Source of the DNA: an uncultured virus (IMG/VR IMGVR_UViG_2814123177_000001)
Taxonomy: Duplodnaviria > Heunggongvirae > Uroviricota > Caudoviricetes
IMG/VR virus record: IMGVR_UViG_2814123177_000001
Strand: one strand, 5' to 3'
DNA: 64,000 nucleotides
This document shows, one piece after another, positions 47,425 through 55,985 of this stretch (its first letter is position 1; the number at the start of each line of letters is the position of its first letter). The notes beneath the pieces were generated by a model that worked only from the letters and a program-made list of their open reading frames with translations, ran no database searches and was not told where the DNA came from. The position numbers and the translations under genes were made by a program.

Positions 47425-48051
47425 TTAATCACGTCCTTTTCTAATCGGTAATAGTAACGCTAATAACTCATCGTTTGGTCCTGCGGTTAATGTGAACGGA
47501 CGGAATGCGCCATAATATCGGAATGTAACTTCCTCTGCACCAGCGTCCTTAAACAACGAAATAGCATCAATAAAATATTGCGTGTTAAATACTATCGGCT
47601 CTCCTTCGCCTTCAACGGTGGAAATCGGCTTATAGTGCGCTTGGGCGATAGGATTGTTTGCGGAAAATAATACGCTCGCCTCGTCGGTTACTTCCGCCTC
47701 TACATACACGTTTTTCCTATCGTGGATTTGATTGATTTTCAATAACGCTGCAAATGCGTCGCTTGTTTCTTTAACGGATAACTTAACGGTGTATTTCGCA
47801 TCAGAAATATAGGGTAATAATCGCGACACATCCGGGTAGTTACCTTCGATTGTTCCCCCAGTTTTCGGGTCGATAATATCGCCAGCAGTATTTGCGTGTG
47901 CATTTTTCGCTATATACAAACGGTGCGAATCCGTGACAGCAAGCGATCCATCTTCCGCGTGGTGAACGCCTTTTAATACCGGTCGACTTGCCGGTGCTGC
48001 TTTCGTTACTTTTTCCGCATGCTTCATAAACTTTACGTATGGAATAATCAT
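47425..48051 (-). CDS. Beta sliding-clamp-like protein (two domains)
   Basis: RPVLKGV, TDSHRL, GNYPDVSRLLP, FNTQYFIDA, LLLPIR match DnaN middle and C-terminal motifs. Confidence 0.7.
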   Translation of the reverse strand: MIIPYVKFMKHAEKVTKAAPASRPVLKGVHHAEDGSLAVTDSHRLYIAKNAHANTAGDIIDPKTGGTIEGNYPDVSRLLPYISDAKYTVKLSVKETSDAFAALLKINQIHDRKNVYVEAEVTDEASVLFSANNPIAQAHYKPISTVEGEGEPIVFNTQYFIDAISLFKDAGAEEVTFRYYGAFRPFTLTAGPNDELLALLLPIRKGRD

Positions 48052-48264
48052 CTAATCGTCCTCCCCTTCGTCTTCTACTATTCGCCATGTATGAAACGGC
48101 TGTTCCTCCGCTTTCACCGTAATACCTTCCGTCAGCACGAACCGCGCTACGAAAAGCAGTAACGTAATGACTGCCGATTGCACGATCGTCGGCTCGTACG
48201 GAAAGCCCATCGGCACAATAAAATATACAATAAGCATGACGGTCATAAATCCGATTACTTTCAT
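48052..48264 (-). CDS. Small membrane protein
   Basis: Two hydrophobic segments. Confidence 0.55.
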   Translation of the reverse strand: MKVIGFMTVMLIVYFIVPMGFPYEPTIVQSAVITLLLFVARFVLTEGITVKAEEQPFHTWRIVEDEGEDD

Positions 48265-50462
48265 ACGTTCGCCTCCTTCGATTTAAACCATTCGTCAATT
48301 GGTACGCCTTCGCCCCATCTGCGCATTACCTCGATATCGGTTCCGTTAGGCACAACGTCGCCCCATACGTAGGAATTCAGCATAATGTCGCGAATGTCTT
48401 GCGCTTCTTCTTGCGTAAAATCTTCCGGCACTTCGAATATCAATTCGTCATGCACGCTACACCATAACGACCAACCCGGCTTATTTGCGCAATATTCATG
48501 CGCCTTAATCATCGTTACTTTCGTTTGAATTGACGATGACCCTTGTACGCGAGCATTCGTCGCTTGTCGCATCGCTCGGTTTTTCTTGGCGAAGGTAGGA
48601 TCGCCCCAACCTTTCAGTTTCAACTTTGCGTCGGGTAGTCGGCGTTTACGCGCTTCTTTGTCCGCCCATACATAGCCGTTACGCTCGACGAATTTCTTAT
48701 TTGCTTCAATCCATGCGTTTAGCTTCGGCATACTTTCGAAAAGGTCCGTTTGAAACTGCACGGCTGCCTTCACATCTACGCCAAGCATTTCTGCCAGCGA
48801 ATATTTACTCATGCCGTATAGTGTCGCTAGCCATACGACTTTCATTTGCTTACGCTCTTTCGTATCGCTTCCGTCAGCGTTCTTGTATACTTCGTCATAA
48901 GGTCGCTTATAGAAGTTCGATGCCATCATTGCGTATGGATCGCGTTCTTCCAGGAATGCGTTAATTAAAACCGGCTCGCCCGACAAGTACCCTACGCAAC
49001 GAATTTCCTGCGCTTTAAAGTCGGCGCCCACGAGCACTTTTCCAGGCGACGCAACGAACATCGGCCGTGCTTCCGGCGGTTGATTCTGCACGTTAAATTG
49101 ACCGTCATTCGCTTCCTCTTTGCCGGAACTGAATCGTCCGGTCACCGTTCCCATCGGATTAAACCGCGAGTGCCAGCGCTTTGTGGTCGGATTTTGCTTT
49201 AACGGTAACGAGTCGATATATGTGCCGCTCAACTTGACGATTTTCTTAAATTCGAGCAAGTCCGCCACGATTTGGTGCTCACCTTTTAACGGTTTCAGCG
49301 TTTTCTTTGCGTCCATATTCGGCAGCTCCTTGCCGATTGCTTTCGATAGTGCTGGTCGCATTTGTTGCGTAGAATTTAAGTTAATCGGTTCGTCGCCGTC
49401 GTGGTATGGCGTTAATTGTTCGACCAAACTCACTTTTAACTCTTCGGCACGATTATTTAATTCCTCACCGTATTGCTTAGCGAAATCTAAGTCGAGCACA
49501 TAGCCGTTTGCTTCTAACGCAACAATTACGTAAAGCAACGGCACTTCCACCGTTTCGTAGTAGTGTAAAATCGTCGGCATCTTCGCCATGTGTGCTCGCT
49601 GAAACTCGTATAACTTCCACGTTAATTCCGTATCCTTTGCCGCATACACTAGCGCAATATCCAACGGAACTTCGCGAAACTGTGCGTTCTTACCGAAAAG
49701 CGTATCGAAAGTATCGGATGCCACTCCGGGGTATTTCGGCGCTAAATCTTTCAGTTTAAACGACTCTTCATTTTCGTTTAGCAAGTGCATCGCCGTCATC
49801 GTATCCCACTTAACGCCAATTAAGTCGGAGCCATGTCGACGAAACATTGCGATATCAAATATTGCGTTGTGTAAAACCTTGCCGATGGACTCGTCGTATA
49901 ACACGTCGTGCAATCCTTCGAGCACATAGTCGCGACTTAACTGATCGCAATTATCGTGTGCAACCGGAATATAAACGTGCTTGCCAGCGCGTGGCAGCGA
50001 AAAGGATATGCCGACTATTACGTCCGTGTAAACGTCGACGCCTGTTGTTTCCGTATCGACTGCAATTATTTGCTCGGCTGTCAATTCGGTTAGTAATTCG
50101 CGGAATTGCCGTTCCGTCGTTATTAATTCGTAATTGCTCGGCGTTTCGTCCACCATCTTGCGCAAGGTTGATTCGCGCTTCGCTTCCGCCAACGTTTTGT
50201 GCAATCGCAAGGCTTCCGCTTTGCTGAAACGTTTGGCAGCCGACGCGGGTTCTCTGCCTATCAGTCCCGCCGTCATTGCCGCCTGTACTTCGATTAGTTT
50301 CGCTTGGTCCGTGTCGCTATTTTTCATCGCAAGGATTCGCGCCCAAGCCTCGTCGACTGTCTCCGTCGCGGCTTTCTTTCGTTGTGCCGCCGCTTGGATT
50401 CTTTCGTTCGCTTGCTGCGCCTCCACTTCGCTAGGTTGCGCCACGTTTAGCCGTAATCTCAA
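48261..50462 (-). CDS. polA: Family A DNA polymerase with 3'-5' exonuclease
   Basis: DTET, HNAIFD, YAAKD, TGRFSS, DFKAQEIR, RKQMK...LYG, VHDE. Confidence 0.95.
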   Translation of the reverse strand: MRLRLNVAQPSEVEAQQANERIQAAAQRKKAATETVDEAWARILAMKNSDTDQAKLIEVQAAMTAGLIGREPASAAKRFSKAEALRLHKTLAEAKRESTLRKMVDETPSNYELITTERQFRELLTELTAEQIIAVDTETTGVDVYTDVIVGISFSLPRAGKHVYIPVAHDNCDQLSRDYVLEGLHDVLYDESIGKVLHNAIFDIAMFRRHGSDLIGVKWDTMTAMHLLNENEESFKLKDLAPKYPGVASDTFDTLFGKNAQFREVPLDIALVYAAKDTELTWKLYEFQRAHMAKMPTILHYYETVEVPLLYVIVALEANGYVLDLDFAKQYGEELNNRAEELKVSLVEQLTPYHDGDEPINLNSTQQMRPALSKAIGKELPNMDAKKTLKPLKGEHQIVADLLEFKKIVKLSGTYIDSLPLKQNPTTKRWHSRFNPMGTVTGRFSSGKEEANDGQFNVQNQPPEARPMFVASPGKVLVGADFKAQEIRCVGYLSGEPVLINAFLEERDPYAMMASNFYKRPYDEVYKNADGSDTKERKQMKVVWLATLYGMSKYSLAEMLGVDVKAAVQFQTDLFESMPKLNAWIEANKKFVERNGYVWADKEARKRRLPDAKLKLKGWGDPTFAKKNRAMRQATNARVQGSSSIQTKVTMIKAHEYCANKPGWSLWCSVHDELIFEVPEDFTQEEAQDIRDIMLNSYVWGDVVPNGTDIEVMRRWGEGVPIDEWFKSKEANV

Positions 50463-50653
50463 TCGCCAATCACCTCCGGAATTAACTCGCCTTCGTCACG
50501 TTGCTGCTCAACGTAGCAATGATCGTCGCAATAGTAACGTCCGGTATTAACGCATTTTACGTATTCGATGCTTGCGTACAGGTCACCGTGGCAACATGCG
50601 CATTTTCCTGCGATAATTGGTTCTGGCGGATTTAGATGTGATTCGAGAATCAT
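50459..50653 (-). CDS. Small Cys-rich protein
   Basis: CACC...C...CDDHC. Confidence 0.55.
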   Translation of the reverse strand: MILESHLNPPEPIIAGKCACCHGDLYASIEYVKCVNTGRYYCDDHCYVEQQRDEGELIPEVIGD

Positions 50654-50659
50654 GCCGTT

Positions 50660-51055
50660 TCACACCTCCGCTATTTTTAAATTTTCGATTCCCGTTTTTA
50701 AATGCGTCCATTTTGTAGCTAAGTCTTTCGCAGCCACCCAATACTCCGAAATGCCGCGATTGTCAAACAGGTACACGTCGCCATTCAGCACCGCAATGAA
50801 CATGTCGCAATCATTGGCGTCGTAAGGCTTGCCGTTATTCTTGCGTGCGTTACATACGATTTCGCCGTTTCGGTCGTCACGAACTCTTGCGCTCTTAATT
50901 TGAATCGTGGTCCATTCCGCCGATCCAGGCGCTCGGGCTACGAGGTCGAACGGTTCGGGCGCCACCGGTTCACATACCTCCCATCCGTTCGCTAGTAACG
51001 CCGTTTGCGCAAGGAGTTCCGAATGGCGACCTTTCGTAATAGTTTCATGCGCCAT
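50660..51055 (-). CDS. PD-(D/E)XK endonuclease (intron-associated type fold)
   Basis: KG..SE, PFDLV, IQIKS. Confidence 0.7.
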   Translation of the reverse strand: MAHETITKGRHSELLAQTALLANGWEVCEPVAPEPFDLVARAPGSAEWTTIQIKSARVRDDRNGEIVCNARKNNGKPYDANDCDMFIAVLNGDVYLFDNRGISEYWVAAKDLATKWTHLKTGIENLKIAEV

Positions 51056-51226
51056 TATTCCGCCTCCAATGCTTCTGCTATGCTATACGCAATAATTAAA
51101 ATCATAGGTATTAACGCATCTACCAGCGTGATTGGTTTGTCTGATACGACGAGTATAACAACGTTAATTGTCCACATTATTGCGATTAATATATTTAAGA
51201 TTCGGTACACTCGCAATCACCTCCGT

Positions 51227-52021
51227 TTAAAATACGTCCGTTGGATTTACTTCGCTTGCCTGCGCGCCTGCACCAACCGTTAAGCCGATCAGCGAAATGT
51301 CAAAGCCCGCCGCGACTAAGTTTTCCGTTTGTGTCTTTTCGTCCGCTTCGAACAGTAAGCCTTCGAATAACTTAACGTTAAATTCTTTGCCGACGAACTT
51401 TTCGAAGTTTGCGCGTTCTTTGTCCGTCAAGTCGTCGTCCATATCAAGCACCGGCGTAATCGTAATTTTCGTATCCTGCCTTGCGCCTGTCTTTTCGATT
51501 TCAAACGCAACTTTATCGCGCTTGCCATCGAATTTCACTAGCGCAGCCTTGATGATTTCTTCGAATTGCTTCTTCGTAAAGTCCAGCACGATTTCCTTGC
51601 CGACTTCTAAATCGATGAAGCCAACGGCATACCGGCGCTTCCCGCTGTACTTAAATCCTTCGCTGCTTAACGCTTTGTATTCCGCGCTTTCCTTGATCGC
51701 TTTTACTTCCGCTTCGTCCGTTACGTCTTTAACCATTTCGTAAGCCTTATCGTAGTAATACTTTGACGCTAAGTCCCACGGCGTATGATTCGCTTCGACG
51801 AAGCCTTTTTCGTTGCGGTCTGACGGATTCTTTGCGATAAACGTATTCACTTTCTTAAACACGCCATATCCGTAGTAGCGCATTACGTTTTGCAAACCGG
51901 TTAGTTTTACTTTCAGCGATGTACCGCTCGGTAGTTTTGCGAATTCACCACCGCCAGTTGAACCGCCTCCGCTTGCGTTTGTTTCTTCGATTGCGTCCAT
52001 TCCGAATTTGAATTGACTCAT
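51227..52021 (-). CDS. Putative single-stranded DNA-binding protein
   Basis: Near polymerase; Gly-rich N-terminus; acidic aromatic C-terminus (TDVF); RBS AAAGGGAG. Confidence 0.6.
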   Translation of the reverse strand: MSQFKFGMDAIEETNASGGGSTGGGEFAKLPSGTSLKVKLTGLQNVMRYYGYGVFKKVNTFIAKNPSDRNEKGFVEANHTPWDLASKYYYDKAYEMVKDVTDEAEVKAIKESAEYKALSSEGFKYSGKRRYAVGFIDLEVGKEIVLDFTKKQFEEIIKAALVKFDGKRDKVAFEIEKTGARQDTKITITPVLDMDDDLTDKERANFEKFVGKEFNVKLFEGLLFEADEKTQTENLVAAGFDISLIGLTVGAGAQASEVNPTDVF

Positions 52022-52269
52022 TAAATCGCTCCCTTTCGTTTTGTTCGTCTTTCGACGTAAGTCGAACGCTGGATTGTTCCCGCGCCCGCTGAACCGCCAA
52101 ATTCTACGTAGTAACCTTCGCAATCAGCCCTGCTGTTCTCGGTCGCGGGGAAAATTGCGCCGGTAATTTGACGGTTTAGCCGACGCGGAGTCGACCTCGT
52201 ATATCCACCGCAGACAGTTGCCTAGACCAATCTCCGGAACATATACGATAATTAATTTACGGCGCAGTA

Positions 52270-52338
52270 ATGAACGTGGCGGAATCGAACCGCCGACCTT
52301 TTCCGGATAAGCTTGCTCTACCACTGAGCTAACGTTCC
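52270..52338 (-). ncRNA. tRNA-like element with degenerate anticodon arm
   Basis: GAACGT/ACGTTC acceptor, TAGCTCAGTGGTAGAGC D-arm, GGCGG-TTCGATT-CCGCC T-arm. Confidence 0.65.
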
Positions 52339-52477
52339 TGCACCGACCGAGCATAGCGTCCTACGCCCGTCGCAAAGCACGAATCTCTACAGCCGAAACC
52401 AAACCGGCAATTAATTGCGGCAGCTTGGCGACCACTTTACCAAACGACTGTCTTCGTACTCTCCGACCGGCGCAGTT

Positions 52478-52678
52478 TTACTTTCCGCCAGTTTTTAAAC
52501 GCTCCACTATGTCGGCGAACATTTCGTTATCGGTTACCATTACGTATATAGAGATAATAATAAACGCAAGTGTAATGATATTTAATTTTGCTTCGAAAAG
52601 GATATCTAATATAAATCCGATTAACACTCCGATAGTTACTGCGATTTGAAACGCCTCAGCTAATATTCGAATATTCAT
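52478..52678 (-). CDS. Small membrane protein
   Basis: Two hydrophobic segments. Confidence 0.55.
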   Translation of the reverse strand: MNIRILAEAFQIAVTIGVLIGFILDILFEAKLNIITLAFIIISIYVMVTDNEMFADIVERLKTGGK

Positions 52679-53193
52679 TTGGCACCAACCTTCGCATAAC
52701 TGTTTCCGTAAAACGCAACGTATTGTGCTTCGATTTCTTTGCGTCTGCGTTGCGCTTTTAACTTCGCTAAATCGATTACGTTAGTTTTCATCGCTGCCAG
52801 CCGCCTTCCATACCGTTGCGATTATTGCGATGAAGTATATTGCGAATAATAATGCAAAAAAGTTCATCCGAGGCGCACCGCCTTTACAACCGGATAGTCG
52901 TGCTCGCCCGTACCTTCGTATAGACGTACCGGATCTTGTGCAATTCGTTGAAATTTTTTCGCTAAATAGGTTTTATCGCCGAATAATCGGGCATATTTAT
53001 TAGTAGACGGCTGATATGCCGAATTAGATTTACGTTTCATAGTAATGCGAACCTCCGTTCTCTCTTGCGGAATTTGTCGAAACTTGTTATGATTACACTA
53101 TAGTCAATGGTTACTAAAACTTTGACTTTCGTGTATAATAAAACCGTGGTACGCCACACGACACAGTGCCTAAGTGCCGTGTAGTCCACTAAT

Positions 53194-53793
53194 TTAAAGC
53201 GCAACTAAATAATCGCGGTGTGAACCGTATTGTTTAGAATCGAATTTGCTCGCCAGCTTTTCGAGTTTGCGTATCACCGTTGAATGATGCAGTCCTAAGC
53301 TTTTACCGATTGCCGTCGGTGTAGGTTTCGGATGTTTCAAGAACGTTTTAACTACGCCAATAGTTAATTCGTCCGCGTCTTTCAGCAAGGAGTCGATCAG
53401 CGCCAACTGGTCGGCTTCTTTAATTTCGCTAATTTCTAAGTTTGAGGATTCGTCTTTGATTTCGAATAACTTTCCGTCATCCGATTCTAGTTGGTGTATT
53501 TCGTTCTTCAAGCGATTTCCGTTTTTTAGGTAAACATCGCGTCTTGCTCGCCAAATACTTCGTTTTAACAAATTCGTAAAGTTTCCTCTTCCATCATACA
53601 CTTCGATACACCTTAGTAGAGTATCTTCGTATATTGCTAACGTCTCGTGTTCGTCTGATCGTATCGACTTTGCTACCGAACGAAGCCCTCTCCATTCCGC
53701 TGAAACGATACTATATATCTCGCCAAAGATAATATCGCAATGAGTCTCTTGGTAAGAAATAACTAACTTATTTAATTTTTCGTTTTTATCCAA
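53194..53793 (-). CDS. Phage sigma-factor-like protein
   Basis: Region-2-like YEDTLLRCIEVYDGRGNFTNLL; region-4 HTH TAIGKSLGLHHSTVIRKL. Confidence 0.7.
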   Translation of the reverse strand: MDKNEKLNKLVISYQETHCDIIFGEIYSIVSAEWRGLRSVAKSIRSDEHETLAIYEDTLLRCIEVYDGRGNFTNLLKRSIWRARRDVYLKNGNRLKNEIHQLESDDGKLFEIKDESSNLEISEIKEADQLALIDSLLKDADELTIGVVKTFLKHPKPTPTAIGKSLGLHHSTVIRKLEKLASKFDSKQYGSHRDYLVAL

Positions 53794-53968
53794 TTTAATA
53801 CTCCCCTTTCATTTACATATAATAATAAGGTTATTAATGAAGTTTCGCGCAGCTTTTTTTTAAAAAATTAAATATTTACTTCTTACCGTTATATTACAAC
53901 AATTTCCTTTAATTCCCTTAGTTTGTGACTGATTTTATTTTCTGAAAATAGTTCACATAAGTGAACAT

Positions 53969-53995
53969 AAAAAAAGTCCAATGGGGAATTGGACT
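53969..53995 (-). terminator. Terminator after aimP
   Basis: AGTCCAAT-N5-ATTGGACT followed by a T run. Confidence 0.7.
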
Positions 53996-54023
53996 GTTGA
54001 TTTATTATTTATATTAGCGGTTA

Positions 54024-54200
54024 TCAGCCTCCCCCGATACCTCCACCACCGCCAGGAATGTACATAGGTGACATTACTCCCGACTCTACTTGACTGCTCT
54101 CTTCTTGAGATGTAGGATCTGTTTCTTCTGCAGAAACTACTGGTGCTGTTAATCCGATAATAATTGAAAGTGTTAATAGTAATGCTGCTATCTTTTTCAA
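54024..54200 (-). CDS. aimP: Arbitrium pro-peptide AimP (58 aa), not in the ORF track
   Basis: TTG start after AGGGAG; MKKIAALLLTLSIIIGLTAPVVSA signal, acidic spacer, C-terminus MYIPGGGGGIGGG. Confidence 0.85.
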   Translation of the reverse strand: MKKIAALLLTLSIIIGLTAPVVSAEETDPTSQEESSQVESGVMSPMYIPGGGGGIGGG

Positions 54201-54213
54201 GTTATCTTCTCCC

Positions 54214-55374
54214 TTAAATAATATTTAGACTACTTAATAACGGAGAAACGATTTGTTTATGGGAATCATCTAAGTAACTTAAAGGAAGTTTAGCGAATAA
54301 TTTATTACCCGAATTTAGTAATTTCCCAATAGATTTAACTAGATAATCTGTCGACCCTAACGCTAGACCTTTATAGCACTCAAAGAATGGATCCCCTTTA
54401 TCTTCTATACCTTCTAATATCTCTAAGGCCAAATCCGTTTCACCAATCTTCGCATAAAAATGCGCTTGTTCAATCTTAGACGAATCTTTAATTTCAGTTT
54501 CGGTATTTACTCCCCAAAAAGTACGTAAAAAAGGATAGTCATTTTCTAATACATACATTAACTTATCCTCAAGATTATACTCTTGTAAATAACCAACATA
54601 TTCATCTAAGTATTTAACCGCCATTTCGTAATCTTCAAAGAAATACGAAAGGCTCATATTATAATAAGCGAAAAAGTTGAATCTCGCGCATGTTAGTGGT
54701 GAAAGAATTAAAGAATTTAAATAAAATCTAGCTTTCTTCTCTTCTCCTTTTGCAAAAAGATACACATTTGCTAAAATCTCATTTAACCTCAATTGAAATG
54801 TCTCTTTTAAATAATCATTCATTTTCTTACTTTCTAAATTTAAAGTAATTTCCACAGACATCTCAAGAACCCTTTTGTAATGACCTTTCTTATAATACAA
54901 ATATGCAACTAGTATCTTTTTAAAAATCACCATGTCATACGATTTGACTTTAATGCTATTTAATTGCTTTTCTATATCTTTAATTGATAAATCTTGAGTT
55001 TGAAATTTATAGGCGATACTATACACTTGATGCCACTCTTTACAGGTTGTATTCGATGTATCCATAGTCTTCAAAGCTTTGCCTAACTCATCCAATAAAC
55101 CATTAATAGATAAATACTCAAGCGAAAGCCTTGTGTTTTGTTGTTGTCTCTCTACGATAAAAATTTCTATCGCTTCGATCATTAACTTTTGCTCGTTATT
55201 TGGATTCAGAAATTTAAGTGATTTTAATACATTATAGAAAGATAAATCATTTTTATAGTTAAAAAACTTCGAAAATGTACTATGATGAACATTAATATTT
55301 GCTGCTAACTCGGTTGAATTAATATCATATGTAACGCGTTCCATTTCTGATAATAAGAGTCGACGAAGTGGCAT
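54214..55374 (-). CDS. aimR: Arbitrium receptor AimR (HTH + TPR)
   Basis: 386 aa; N-terminal HTH; SLEYL, EQAHF, PFFECYKGLA, GNKLFAKLP; followed by a secreted peptide gene. Confidence 0.88.
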   Translation of the reverse strand: MPLRRLLLSEMERVTYDINSTELAANINVHHSTFSKFFNYKNDLSFYNVLKSLKFLNPNNEQKLMIEAIEIFIVERQQQNTRLSLEYLSINGLLDELGKALKTMDTSNTTCKEWHQVYSIAYKFQTQDLSIKDIEKQLNSIKVKSYDMVIFKKILVAYLYYKKGHYKRVLEMSVEITLNLESKKMNDYLKETFQLRLNEILANVYLFAKGEEKKARFYLNSLILSPLTCARFNFFAYYNMSLSYFFEDYEMAVKYLDEYVGYLQEYNLEDKLMYVLENDYPFLRTFWGVNTETEIKDSSKIEQAHFYAKIGETDLALEILEGIEDKGDPFFECYKGLALGSTDYLVKSIGKLLNSGNKLFAKLPLSYLDDSHKQIVSPLLSSLNII

Positions 55375-55506
55375 ATTGTTTATCTCCTTTGTTTTAAATT
55401 AACCTAGGTAGGTAGAAATAATTACAAATATCTGTTATATTTATAGTATACTACAAATGTTCATATATGTGAACATTTTTGTCCAAAAAATTAACGGAGG
55501 TGTAAG

Positions 55507-55707
55507 ATGATTAGTTATGACCCCTTATTTAAAACTTTAAAGTTTAGAAATTTAGTCATTAGTGATTTAAGGAATAAACCTTTACATCCAACTACAATTG
55601 CTAAAATTAATCGCGGTGAATCTATATCCCTTACTAAAGTTGATGAACTATGTAAGGTTTTGAATGTAAAAATACAGGATATAGTAGAAATTATTATAGA
55701 AGATTAA
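55507..55707 (+). CDS. Cro/XRE regulator divergent from aimR
   Basis: MISYDPLFKTL...TIAKINRGESISL..VDELCKVL. Confidence 0.85.
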   Translation: MISYDPLFKTLKFRNLVISDLRNKPLHPTTIAKINRGESISLTKVDELCKVLNVKIQDIVEIIIED

Positions 55708-55737
55708 ATCAATTACATAAATATGAGGTGAAGCGCC

Positions 55738-55968
55738 ACGAAACGGGTCGGAAGGTGCTTGATCGGCGACTATCGTAAGCGTATGAAACTAACGCAAACA
55801 CAACTCGGCGAACTAGTCGGCATGGATAAGTCCCGCGTATCGGATTACGAAAACTTGCGCTACGTAATGAAAGTCGATACCGCGAAACCATTTGCCGATG
55901 TATTCAATTGCTCCATCGAAGAACTTTACGAATGGGTCGACGACGAATCAAGCGACACGGAAGGGTAA
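55738..55968 (+). CDS. XRE regulator, possible ACG start
   Basis: LTQTQLGELVGMDKSRVSDYEN; RBS GAGGTG 7 nt before an in-frame ACG. Confidence 0.75.
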   Translation, partial: TKRVGRCLIGDYRKRMKLTQTQLGELVGMDKSRVSDYENLRYVMKVDTAKPFADVFNCSIEELYEWVDDESSDTEG

Positions 55969-55985
55969 GCGAATTAAAACATTAC

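Noticed and set aside
52124..52354. 76-aa ORF on the minus strand
   Set aside because: Overlaps the tRNA-like element; no convincing RBS or protein features
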